The notes under the pieces are model-generated. The model had not been told where the DNA came from. It ran no database searches and saw only the letters and a program-made list of their open reading frames with translations. Both the position numbers and the translations under genes were made by a program. A stretch of 64,000 nucleotides of DNA from Takakia lepidozioides. Its lineage: Eukaryota; Plantae; Bryophyta. Every line of letters starts with the position of its first letter. Position 1 is the stretch's first letter. Below are positions 1 to 12,591 of the stretch, piece by piece. Location: the NCBI GenBank assembly GCA_030704615.1, contig CM060731.1:43896001-43960000 (forward strand). The letters run 5' to 3'.

Positions 1-1414
1 CACTACATCTTCACCGACAGCCTTACCTCACTATTCCTCATTCGCAACCACATCTCCCACCCCTCTACCCATCATCATCACCCCGACCGCAACCTCATTA
101 CCGCTATTGTCCAGAGGGCCATCTCCCTAGGCCACCCAGTCCATATACTCAAAGTCCGTTCGCATACTAGCATCCATGGTAATGAAGAAGCAGACCTACT
201 CACCCAACTCGGCGCCTCCCAACCCATAGTTGAACCCTCGATCGACCCTATTCACATCGCCCACACCCATCCCTTCTGGTTCATACACCCCATTCCGGAC
301 CCCCCTGTACCCAGATCAGTCCGAAACCTCCTGACCACTCTGACCAGAGAAGCAAATAAACAAGCGGCAACCTCCATCAGCCATACCAAAGTACACATCC
401 AAAAATGGACTCAATCCAATGTTCTGCACCATAAACTCTCCAATCATTTCTGGCTAACCAAAGCCACCACTGACGCACAAATCCGACAAACACTCAAATT
501 CCGATATGCCCAATACATGGGCCACCAGCGCAAACACATCTTCTTGCCACATCTGTTCCCATCCCCATACTGCCCGTTATGTGCAACCACCCACCAAGCT
601 CGTGACACTTGGCCACATCTCCTCAGCCAATGTACACACCCAGTTATACATGGTTTGCATATCACGCGTCATAACCAGGCAGTCTGGCACCTCCATAAGC
701 TCTTTCTAAAACGTGCTGAAACCCGTTGGTTCTTGCTCATGAATGCAGGCACCTACCAGGGACGGCCACCCGATCACACAGTACTACCATGGCTACTACC
801 ATGCATATGTACCCGATCACCATGCTCGTGCCCCGCTCGACTTTGCCCGGACATACTCCTCGTCCAAGGTCTACCTATCAACACTTTACCCCCCACCACA
901 CCATCCCCACAACTCACCATCCATTTCATTGAATTCACATTTTGCCATGATCGTTATCCAAACGATTCAATCTTAGAAAAACGTCAAAAATATGCCCCGC
1001 TTATCCTTGCACTCCGAAGGCGTGGCTGGAAAACGGGCCCGTTAACCGTCATCACAGCCGACACTCGAGGTGGCATTCATAACGCCAGTATCATGGACAT
1101 ACACGATAACTTTCAAATTCCCATTCTTCCCATCCACAAATGTTTAAGAAATCCATCTCACGGCACTCCGTTCACTCACAACTATTATCACCAACAAACG
1201 CCAACTGGAATCCGGCACTTCAAATGCACCTTAGGTCCCCCAGGATACCCCTGGGTACCTAGGGGTACCCTCGCCCCCTCTATTCTTAACGGTCACCTGG
1301 TGTCCCCCTGGACACTTTTTTGTTATAGGGCCCACCTCCGAAAAGGGGCAATAGCCGCAAGGTGAAGTGGCTCTTAGTTACGCCGGCCTCAGCCGGAGTC
1401 TTCTCTCTTCTCTC
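1..1414 (+). mobile_element. 3' part of a non-LTR retrotransposon: RNase H, CCHC zinc knuckle and restriction-like endonuclease (Dualen/RandI-like), ending in a TC tail
   Basis: Frame 1 is open from base 1 to 1365. It reads IFTDSL...KVRSHTSIHGNEEAD (RNase H), then CPLC-x8-HLLSQC and RHNQAV, then PDILL...HFIEF...EKRQKY (PD-D/ExK RLE). A short hairpin and CTTCTCTCTTCTCTC follow. A frameshift near 1150 is possible. Confidence 0.85.
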
Positions 1415-2210
1415 CACTACAAACCGGGACGGGACAACATGGTGGCCGATGCTTTAAGTAGAAAGCAGCAGCTCATGTTGGTGTACAGGGGCGAGACGGC
1501 GCTCCAAAGAAAGATCCGAAAGGCTTACCGGAAGGATGAGACGGCGAAGTCCGTGATGCAGGACTTAAGGTTGGGGGTTAAATCGCAGTTCCACTTGCAC
1601 AATGGACTGCTCCGGTACAAGCAAAAGCGTCTCTACATGCCGAAGGGAGGGATCAGAGATAGTCTCTTGAGAGAATGCCATGATAGCCTGCTTGTGGGCC
1701 ACGGTAGAGCCAAACACAACGCGACACTCTTGAAGAAAGAGTATTTCTGGCCCAAACTGATAGAGGAGGCCGAGGAGTATGTCAAGACATGCACCACATG
1801 CCAACAAAACCGGAGCGAGTATAAAAGCAAGCGGGGCTGTTACAACCCTTGCCGATTCCAGAGGGGTCTTGGGAAAGTGTCTCGATGGATTTCATGACTG
1901 CTTTGCCGCTGTCAAAAGGATTCGATGCAATCATGGGGGTGGTGGATAGGTTCAGTAAAATGGACCATTTCATTCCCACCAAGGAGACGAGGCGACTTTA
2001 CTTCGTCCACATCTTCAAGCATCATGGACTCCCAAAGGATATTGTCTCAGACCCCAATCCAAAGCTTACAAGTAAATTTTGGAGAACACTTTGGAAGAAA
2101 ATGGGGACGAGGCTCAAGATGAGCACGGCCTTTCGACCTACAACGGACGGCCAAACGGAAAAAGTGAATTCCGCGGTGAAGCAGATCTTGCAGAATTATG
2201 TGTCGGCAGA

Positions 2211-3354
2211 TACAACAAATAGGGGGGGGGGGGGCGACGCCAGCCGCGCCCCCACGCCCCGCGCGGCGCTAAGCCGGCGACACCCCGGCGTCACAATCCC
2301 CCGCTGCGACACCATTACAACGCCCAGCCGTCGTAAGGTGGCATGAAGGGGGAAAAGAGGGCCCTCGCTGCGACGGATTTTTTTTCTTGCGACGCCCTGA
2401 CGTCGGAAATTTAAAAAAAAAACAAAAAAAAACGTTGCGACGCCTCGGCGTCACTAAGGGCGCCCCAGCGCCTCTGCGACGCTAGGGCGTCGCAACAGCA
2501 TCACCATAGTGGGAGTTTGTTTTTTTTTTTTTTTGGGGCTTTGCGGCCATCAACTTCACAAAAGCGTCGCTGGGGTGCCCCGCGCTGGGACACCCAACAT
2601 TGCGACGTCAGGGGGTTGCAACGGCGTCGCCACAGAGGGTCGCAATGGTGGTGTGGTCAGCTTAGGTTATTACAATGATGTCGTTTGGGGCGTTTGGCGA
2701 TGAGGGGTGCAACAACGGCAACGATGCTGGGGTTGGGGCTGGCGTTGGGGCTGGGCACTAAGGATGTGGAGGATGCAACTCCCCAGCGTCACAAGAGAGA
2801 CCCCCTTAGAAGGAACTTGAAGGCTCTTGAAGGAAATCTTTATATGTATATATATATATATATTTAGATTGCTTTTGTGATACATAGATGTAACGTAGGT
2901 GTGTTGGTTAGTTTGTAGTGTCTTAGAAATGTTATAACGTGGAGGTCTTAGGTTCAAGTATGCATTGCATGATATATGTAGAACAATGAATATATCACCA
3001 TTAGACAAAACCGGAGTCAATGGTCAACAAGTTTTTGAAATTCAAATTTCAAATTCAAAATTTCTCACCAAAATTAAAATGTACCCCCTTAAATTGTGAC
3101 GTCTGGGCGTCGCACTTCGCGACCCCCGGACGGTGCAAATTCTGCATTGCAGAATAGGTTTTTTTTTTTTTTTTTTTTTTTGACTCCTAGGCGTCGCAAA
3201 TCGCGGTTTCGCCTATTTGCAACCCCCATTGGTCGCAAACTTACGACGGTTTTTTGGCGACGCCCGGACGTCGCAAATTTGGGTTTTCTCCCTGCTCGAA
3301 TAGGGCTGTTTTACGACGCCGCGACGTCGAAAATCCCCCCCTTTTCCTGTAGTG
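2211..3354. mobile_element. Non-autonomous CACTA/EnSpm element inserted in the Gypsy integrase
   Basis: The right end ...CCTGTAGTG is the reverse complement of CACTACAGG; the left end TACAACAAATAGGGG is a degenerate match. A 3-bp TSD AGA lies at 2208-2210 and 3355-3357. Removing the insert restores YVSADQSDWVEHL. GCGACG subterminal repeats are present. Confidence 0.88.
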
Positions 3355-4960
3355 AGACCAGTCAGACTGGGTGGAGCACTTGGATGCAGCAAAGTTATGT
3401 TATAATAACATAAAACACTCCGCAATGGGAGTTTCCCTTTTCGTATTGGTCTATGGAAAAGCACCTCTGGTGCCGACAAATCGGGCCGCCCAGGACGTTG
3501 AGGAACCGGTAGCAGCAGCGGTGCTGGAAGAACGCGAGCGTTTGTTGGAGCTCGCAAAGTACAACATTGCCAAAGCTAGGAAACGGTATGAACGACAGAC
3601 GAATCGGAAGCGAGGGAAATTAAGTTTGAGGCAGGCACGGAGGTCTGGTTGAACATCAAGAATTTTTTACTACCTCCGGAAGTGAGTCCAAAGTTCGTAT
3701 CTCCGTATGCGGGCCCCTTTCGCATCCAGAAGGTTATGAATGAGGATGTGTATGAATTGGAGCTGCCGGCAAACAGCAAGGTGCATCCGGTATTCCTCGT
3801 TTCCCTTTTGAAGCTTTACTTCAAAGATGAAGCGTGTCCGAATCGACATCAAGTGTTGCGTCCGCCATCTGTGCTAATGGATCATGAAAAATTTGAGTAT
3901 GAGGTGGAGGCAGTGCTTAAGTCGAGGAGGTTTAAGAATCGAGAAACGGAGTATCTCGTGAAATGGAAAGACTATCATCAAGTGGAGGCAACTTGGGTGC
4001 GTGCCTCCGAAATGAGAAACGCATCCGAGGCGGTTGCAGCTTTCGAATGGCGACCTCAGAAGCGGAAGAAGCGTTGATGGGGACATCAACTTTAGATCGT
4101 GGGGGAGGAAATGCATGCTTAGTCCGGCTTGCAAAAACTTGTGTTGTGCAAATTTTGTTTATACATGAAATGGTTTCCAAATGTTGTGCTTCTTATTTTG
4201 TTTGGAATGGTGATGTATGGTATGGTTGGCTAGTGTGTAGAATGCATGCTAGTTTACAAAAGTGGGAGAGGTAAATTGGATTAATCGTGTGTTTGCGCAG
4301 TGCCAAATCGGGTGATTCCTATCCAATGGGCAAGGAAACTTGCGCCTTCTTTGGGAGTTCACGTTCTAGTGCGCATCTGGCGCGTGCGCGTACTATAACT
4401 GTGCTACCGAGGGGGTTGTCTTGTAGTGCGGGCTAATGCGGAAGCTACGTGCTTCCGTTCATGTACTATAATCGTGTAACCTCAGGACGAAGTCGTAGTG
4501 CGGATTCAGCGTGTTCCCGTATCTCAGGCTAGCATTCCAAAGCGGACCCAATTGTAGTGATTGGGGCGCACGTTTAGTTCAAGGTTATCTTCCTAGTATA
4601 AAAGTGTCCAAGGTGAACCCTTGCTCAAGGTGATGCCAAAAAGCGACATCATGAGCAATCGTAAGCAATGTTGTTGCAGTAAGGCGATTCGATCCTCGGG
4701 GACGATCGTTCCTTGGCCTTGAAGTGGGCCAAGAAGAGTGCACTGGGTGGAGCTGGAGAGGCTCCACCCTTGGCCGGGACTTGGAGGAAGTCGGCCGAAC
4801 TAGCTAGTGGAGAGTAGAGTCAAGTGGGGGTTTGGTTCTTTGCCATGGGACGCCATGGTACGGAAACAAACTCCTTGATGTGGGATGCCACAACTTGGAT
4901 GTTAGTTTCTACAAAATAGACAAGTCGATGATGACATCGACTCCTGTTGGTAGGGGTGTG

Positions 4961-5390
4961 TGTCACGGCTCTTTGCCTTGAGGGCAGGGGGTCGGGACAC
5001 AAGAGGGGCTGCCCCTGTGGTGGGGGCAGTGACAATAATAGGTACGGGGGCTGAAGTACCCTTGAGTGCCCAATGCACTCAAGGAGGCGAAGGTGCTCAC
5101 TAGGTGGAGCCCCGCATACCGGGTTGCGGTGGTGGTTCCACGAGGGGTGGTGGTAGCTTAGTGGGTCTTAGTGGGTCTTAGTGGGGTGACATAGGACTTA
5201 CCATGGGGCGGAGACCTTGTGGTGGGAGTCGTGGGGAGTCTTGGGACTCATCACGGTCCATTGGGGCCGTGGTGGGTGGGCCAAGACTCACCGCGACTCA
5301 TCACCGGGAGTCAAGGGTCTTCGTGGTGGTTCACCATAAAAGGACAGTGTTGTTTGTGAAACCCCCGCGGATAGTCACAAAAGTATATAT
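4961..5390 (+). repeat. Partial 3' LTR of the Galadriel-like element
   Basis: Starts TGTCACGG after GTAGGGGTGTG; homologous to the first ~430 bp of the LTR at 58846. Confidence 0.85.
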
Positions 5391-6090
5391 CCCGACCACA
5401 AATCTCCATTTTGGTTTTTTTTTGCTGCACAAATTTCCAAAAATGGACCCCACACGCAACGGTGGGGTTTTTGCACTCGTTGTCTGATTGGCTCCAAAAT
5501 TGGGCAGGACCTGCCTGGGGTAGGTGGCTTCATATTGTCCGGTCATTTTTTCAAGGTTTTTTTTTTTTTTTTTTTTTTTCTCCAAAAATGACGCTGGTTT
5601 TTCTGGCCGTCCCCGCTTTTTGGTAAAAAGTCAACGGGGGCCTGCGGGCGTTTAGGGGTTAAATATGCCAATGAACGGAACCGCGGTTCCTTCAATATGG
5701 CAAGAACTGCACAACACTGGTCTTGACATTTAGGGGGAAGAAGTCGAAAAGAAGAGGGAAAGAAGGGAGGGGTTAAGAGGAGTGCGTTCCAGGAGCGTAA
5801 CGCACGCTGACAGCCTAGCATGTTGACCGTTCCTGGAGCGTAACCCACTCTGCCAGCCTGGCGAGTGCGTTCCACTCGTGGACGTCCCTGCATGTAACCC
5901 TAGAGTGGTGTTCACAAGTATAAGGCCCCGTAAAATACAAAGAATTTTTCCCAAAATTCCTTACGCGTGGCTCTGTATTATGTATTATGTCAGGTCTATT
6001 TTATATGTAAATTTGAGAGTGCAAGTATTCCTAACTTATTGTCCTGCAACAATAAAGTATATATTGTCATTGAGTATATATTGTCATTTA

Positions 6091-6148
6091 CAAGGCGAAG
6101 TGGCTCTTAGTTACGCCCGCTTTGGCCGGAGTCTTCTCTCTCTCTCTC
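6091..6148 (+). mobile_element. 5'-truncated 3' terminus of the RLE non-LTR element with TC tail
   Basis: CAAGGCGAAGTGGCTCTTAGTTACGCCCGCTTTGGCCGGAGTCTTCTCTCTC matches 1358-1414. Confidence 0.75.
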
Positions 6149-8924
6149 ATTGAGATAAATTGGATTGCGTCACTTTGGGAATGAATTATCCGATGGTGAG
6201 GAAAAAAGAGAGGAAAGTTTGTTCAATTTGATTTTAGTTAAACAGTAATTATATTATTGACACTTCAGTTGAGAAATCAATTAATTTAGTTTATTCATTG
6301 CACTATGATTACAAAGGCTCAATGTTAATGGAGCATAAGGAGGCGGAAGAGATGCCAAATATTGTTCAAGTCACGCCGCCTATAGAAGACTTATTGGGGA
6401 GGAAATTGGCAGAATGGGAAGCGGAGCAAGAGGAGGAGACAGATCCATGGTCAAGGGAAGGGTGTGTTCAACAACTACAACATGGGATCAGCCAGGGCCT
6501 AGGCTTATCACTTCCTCCTCATCTTCTACCTTATAAACCCCTTGGTAATGGAATCATGTCCCTTCTAAATTCAAACATAAAATTTGTCTCTGATTTATTT
6601 ATACCTCATACATTTATAGATTACAAGCTATCATGGATTTTATAATATTCAAGTATTTTTTAAAATTTTAATCGCATGAATAATCATTTAACCAACCATT
6701 TTGTGGCTTGTGAACTTATATAGGAACTCTTGACATGAAGCGAGATCGATCATTGCTTCCTAAAAATTATCAATTCAAAGGAGGACCCCATCAAAAGAGG
6801 AAAGTGGGTGGAGATGTGACTGAGAAAGGAGTGCCTGACGTGCCGAATGTCGCACTACCACTATCGCTGAAGAATACCTTCTGGAATGGGGAGCGTTGGT
6901 CCAGTGCCAATTTTTCGCAACGCTCTGCACCTATGGTTAATGGCTCCTCTATGCTTCATGAGGAGCTTACTCGATCGCATCATCGCCTTATCAATTGCTG
7001 GTAAATGTACAGCAACTTATTCTCGGCCTTTCCCCTTATATGATATTCCTTATGATCATCTTTGTCTAAGAACCTTTTTGCAATTTTATTCTGTTTTTAT
7101 AAAAGGTTTTATTCTTTTAAACGGTGTATATGACCATTGCAGCATGGGGAAATTTTTCTTAAGTGGCATGAGGCTAGAGGAAGATTGTCGCAAGAGTATA
7201 TCATATCCACGAGGGAGTCAGTGTGAGTCGGAGTTTCGGCCGTACATTCCGCCCCTCCCTTTGAGCGACCTTCCTGAATTCGATATAACCGAGCAACTCG
7301 CTGATAATAAATCCCTTCTTTCTTTATACCCGGATGAAGCCAAACGCTCCCGGACTCCGAGGACCGAAAGAACCTTCGGGCGCTGATCGCAATCGGCTGG
7401 AAACTGGTTGACTCAATCCTCACTGCAATGTGGGTAGAACAATTCAGGGGAGCGCAGGGACTACACATATCGCAGCTTCTTGAAGCCCCCCACATGAAAT
7501 CATCCACGACGATACTGCGCGGATGGCTAGTGTACCCCAACATGAGTATACGACACAAAGAAGAAGAAGAAGAAGTAGCGAACAAGCACAGAAGAACTAT
7601 TATCCTTGATTATGCTTGGCTCTTTTAAGCTACTAATAAGGAATTTGGAGCTGTCAAATCGCTTCCTGATCAATATTTTCTCTTCATCCCCATCAACGGC
7701 CCGATCAATCAAGACTTCTAGCGGGTTGCCTCCGGAAGCTTGTGAGGACCCAAGTCTGGACCAACTTGCAACTATATTGGACAAGGGCACGGTTTGCGGC
7801 CATGCAAGCATATTGGAACTCCCAACTCTTGAACATGCTTGTCGGGCTCAAGTCCACTCGCGCTTACATTTATGCCTGCAGTTTTCATGGTCTAAAGGTA
7901 TAGAACCCATGTACATACTACTATCTTTTCTTTAAAAAACAAGAATTTTGTGTGTTATTCAGACATTTTTGTTTTTGTTTGTTTGTTTGTTTTTTTCTTT
8001 CTTTATTTTTAAAAACAGGGGATAGAGGGTTGTTTATTGTTAGGCTTACACAAAATGTGTCTCTGAATATGAGTGTGTACAGAGCCTCCGGGCCCATGGT
8101 AAGACTGTGTGCAATTTGAATGCGAGCCCACGAGCATCAGCAAAATTTCGACAAGCATTGTTGAATTATCCTTGGTTTGGGACTCTAATTGACTTGATTC
8201 ATAAGAAAGGATGTCGTCCCTCGAAGGCTGAGATGTTCATAATTAATCAGATCCACTATGTGATCCGGGTGCGTAACTATCATGTATGAAGTAATCCTAT
8301 CATTTGTTTGATAAATTCCAATGTCTTGCAGGTTTATTTTTATTTTTGATGGATTAGTAAAATAATAATGGTAATAAATTTAATAGATCATACAAATCCA
8401 ACAATGTAGCTTTAATTGTGGAAGTAAAAAAAAACCAAATAATAAAATCTGTTCAAGTCAGCACAATTTTCCTTATGTTAGGTGTTTTTTATTTATTTAT
8501 TTAAATTAATTTATGATTCATGATTGTCATTCTCTCTAGTTACAATGATTGGAATTTTAGTCATTTGGTCTACATCAAATTCAGGTAATAATGTACACAA
8601 TTTTAAATATTATTAACAAACTTAAAAAGCGCGGATCATCATCGTTAAGTTCCCTCAAAAAGTTTCATTCAAAAACATTTATATTAAAATTTTATTTTAA
8701 GCATCTCTGTGGGGTGCAGCAAACTGGAACATTTGTGGGCGGAGACTATGCAAATTTGATGCGTAAACTACAATACAAGAACATAGACATGGATAATGCA
8801 GCGGTGCGTAGGGCGTTGCACTTTGTGAAACAGGCGCTTCACCTCTCCGATGAGGGCCTTTTGATGGACTAACCTTGCGGCTATTTTGATATATAAAATA
8901 TAGTTAATTCATCAACCCTATTAA

Positions 8925-9750
8925 CCCTTAACTTCCTACATGGTTCATTTTTTGACACCTAAATATTACTACCCATGCCCAATAAAATGAGGCTAACTAC
9001 CTATCAAAAATCATCCAGAAAAATGGACCTTACGCGTAGGTGCGCACATGGTACCTACATGCACTCACCAAAAATAAAGTTGCTTCACCGTCAAATATGG
9101 GAGATTATATGGTTTTAGAGAGGATGGATTATTTGTTTCTGTTTTTGAAAACATGGTTTTTTAGCCTTGACCAACTAATTGGAGAGGCTTTTAGATTTTT
9201 GTGGAGTGTTTATTCCACACATTCCTATTCTGTGGTAGGAATGTCCTTGCAAAAAATGAGGGGCAAAAGTCAGGTTTAGTATGGGGGTGCTTTGTATGGT
9301 TTCTAGGGGATTCAAACTACCTTCATTACAAAGATTTAGAAATTCTCCAAAAAGATGCTATGAAATATTGCTCAAATTCAAAATCCCTCTGGTAAGGGAG
9401 TGACTCTCTTCACACCTACACCTTGGTCCAAATTATGCCCACATCCAATCGTAGAAATTGTAAAAATTGCCCCCCAGTGGCTTGAAGTGCTGTCCAATCA
9501 TATTGGCCACGTAGAAGTCAACTCTGCATGGCCTCCCTCCATGCAAGAGCATTTCTAACCACTGGGTTTTGGAAATTTGTGGATTTGGCAAACTTTCTCC
9601 AAATGGCATGCTGCCAATTGGAGATGATCTGCCATGTCGTCAGGTCATTTATTGCTGAAGAAACGACCTAAAAATATTTAGATCTGCAAAAGTTATGTTA
9701 ATACATCATGTTCTATAAAACCCGAAACAGGTTCCATAGGAAGTTAAGGG
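8925..9750. mobile_element. piggyBac-like non-autonomous element
   Basis: TTAA at 8921-8924 and 9751-9754 flanks perfect 14-bp TIRs CCCTTAACTTCCTA...TAGGAAGTTAAGGG. The element is absent from the paralogous site near 20085. Confidence 0.72.
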
Positions 9751-10494
9751 TTAAATTGCCCCTCAAACAGTAGCTAACAGATTGTCCGTACAAAACATAC
9801 AATACAAATGCATAAGCAGACTTTTGTTTTTTGGTCATATGCATACGGTCCGACAATCCTACACAAATTCAAAAAGATATTCAAAGAATAAATTAGAGAA
9901 ATAGGGAATGAAATGAACCTGATTGGACACCATATTTGAGATCTTTGGCTACTGTTGACTGTACAACCAAATTCACTCTGTTACATAAATGTGTCATTGA
10001 ATTACTGGGCCACATCCACAAGTGTCTAACATAAAGGGCACTAACCATTGGAACATAGGTTGAAAGGGTAGACAATATGAATAGATACAGATTTGAAAAG
10101 ATACAAGGATGTGTAGGGGTGTAGGATGACATGAAGGGGTAGAAAGAGTACATGAAGAGGCAAGTGATTATATCAAACTCTCCTGCTAAGTTTCTGTTCA
10201 AATTTATATGTCAGCCCTCAACTTTCAATGGACTTAGTACTCAAAATTTGGACTATACTGAAACTGAACATTTGATATGACTCGGCCGGGGATCGGTGAC
10301 TCCACTTTGATAGATATAATTGCACCCTAGTTCATGGGATCCTTCATTGTTCAGAATCATCCACCCACAGGTGGCCCGGATATTTGGAAGATTGAATTAT
10401 ATAAGCCATGGTCTTTTGTGCGCAGTAAAATTACGGACATCGCATTTACATTTGTCAAGTAGGAAAGGAACTATTTTTAGAGAAGTGCATTATC

Positions 10495-12591
10495 ATGGGC
10501 AAGGGCCCAGGTTTTTACAGTGAGATTGGCAAAAAGGCCAAAGGTTAGTGTACATTTTTATAACCTTGCTATCAAATTATTCTGGCAAGTTTACATCTGT
10601 TTTGAGTATTTTGGGTCTTTGAGATCTGAAAGACAAATTTCATCTTGCTTATAGTAATCATCATCAGCTTGCAAAACTTTGCCAGCTTCCACTTTGGGGG
10701 AGAAAAAATAAAAATAAAATAAAAATCCAATTAAGTTTCGGAGCGGAAACCATGGATTCATGCGAAAGATAAATAAATATTGATTTCCCAAGCCTCTTTT
10801 TGGTGATTTCATTTGACAGATATTCTCACAAGAGACTTTTCATATGATCAAAAGTTCACTGTTGCTACAAGCAGCGCTCAATCTGGAAACAAACACACAA
10901 TGGAGAGACAAAGAAGGGAGGATTAGTAGGAAGTTGTAAGGCTTTACTATTATCTTGGATGTTCAATAACATGGTAAGCAAGTATCAAAATTGTTAAAAA
11001 TAAATAAATAAAATAGTCTGAATTTTTTTTGTGTCCTCCTACATTTGATGGGTTTGTTGATTGCAAGTTAGCTAGAAAGGAAAGAAAAAAAATAAAAAAA
11101 GGTTAGCTAGAAACTAAGTTGGAAGTTGAAGGATGTTAGGTTATGGTCCTTGTTATGTGTAGGAGTTCACTTCAACAGGAACCAAGAAGGGAGAGGCATT
11201 TTCTGGAGATGTCAACACATCCTTCAAAAGGAACAATGTGACAGCAGATGTGAAATTCGACACAAAGTCTAATGTACATTATCATCTTTTATGCTCTTTC
11301 TTGTAATTATTCCTTGAAAGGGTATATACATATATACCTTTTAAAAAAAAAAGTATATACTCAGCTAGCTAAACGGCAAGACTTAGTTCAGTGTGTATTT
11401 ATTATTATTATTAGTGTATTATTTACATTTTTCAAATGTCTTAAAAATGTGGTACATATAGAAGCTTGCTATTGGTGATGGATCCATGATCTATAGTTTA
11501 ATAACTAGAGGTGAATGGTGACCGTCCGATCTTCACCGAATAAGAATAAGAAGCCCTTATTAAACATGTGGTTTTGTGCCCAGGTGTTTACAACTGTTAC
11601 TGTTCAAGAATTTATGCCGGGTGCAAAAAGTATTTTTAGCTTCACAATACCTGACCACAAATCTGGCAAGGTAGGGATTGACATTTGAAGACCTAATTAT
11701 GGAAGGAAATATTCGTGAAGTTGCAAATGCTACTTCTATTGATCACTTCAAAGTAGTCTGTTAGATGAAGCAAGATTCAGATCCCAACAGCTTCTCAATA
11801 TTAGAATGTTTTTATGTACTCTTTGCATGTTCCGTTTATACTTGCTACAAGATTCCAATGGGATCGACAGCTCATTTGTTGCGTTTTAAACTCTCTTTGT
11901 TGGATACAGCTTGAACTCCAGTACAACCAAGAATATGCGGGCATCACAAGTAGCATTGGTCTCACACCAGTTCCTATTGTAGAAGTAACGGGAGTCCTGG
12001 GCAGTGAAGGTTTTTCTCTGGGTGGTGAACTAGCTTTTGATACAACATCCGGACGTCTAACTAAATACAACACAGGTTTTGGTTTTGCGAAGCCAGACTT
12101 CATGGCCTCTCTCATCTTGTATGTTTTTGCAAACCTTCCAAGTTATACTGAACATTAATATTGATCTTGCACCCAACTTGCGAATGTCATTAGAATCTCC
12201 TGCAAGGTCAAGTTTGGATAATTTAATGTGTCTACACTCGTGGATTCCCGATTAATCTACAGGTGGTGCTGCCTCATTGTGTAGAGCTGACAAAGGAGAC
12301 ATAGTGAAGGCCTCCTATTTACACATGGTGAATCCGGCATCGCGGGCAACAGTTGCTGCAGAGATCACTCACAAGTTTTCTAGGAGCGAAAACACCTTCA
12401 CCGTGGGTGGATTATACGCTTTGGATGCTTTGACCACAGTAAAGGCACGATTGGACAATCACGGAAAGTTGGCGGCCCTGATGCAACACGAATGGAGACC
12501 TAAATCACTTTTCACTTTTTGTGGGGAGTTAGACACTAGAGCACTCGACAAAGCTGCCAAGTTTGGATTGGCCTTGGTGTTGAAGGCTTGA
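10495..12591 (+). CDS. VDAC: Mitochondrial outer-membrane porin (VDAC). Exons 10495-10543, 10820-~10887, 11163-11273, 11584-11670, 11910-12118, 12285-12591; exon 2 donor missing, so possibly a pseudogene
   Basis: MGKGPGFYSEIGKKAK/DILTRDFSYDQKFT/EFTSTGTKKG...DTKSN/VFTTVTV...PDHKSGK/LELQY...TKYNTG/ADKGD...QHEWRPKSLFT...KFGLALVLKA. Plant VDAC motifs, with GT-AG introns in consistent phase except after exon 2. Confidence 0.93.

Larger units (their letters stand above)
1417..5390 (+). mobile_element. Truncated Ty3/Gypsy chromovirus (Galadriel-like): RNase H end, integrase, chromodomain, long 3' region and partial 3' LTR
   Basis: YKPGRDNMVADALSRK; HHCC zinc finger; WESVSMDF...IVSD...TDGQTE core; GPF motif; chromodomain YEVEAVL...YLVKWKDY...TW. 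Frameshifted and interrupted by a CACTA insertion. Same family as 53567-59573. Confidence 0.92.
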
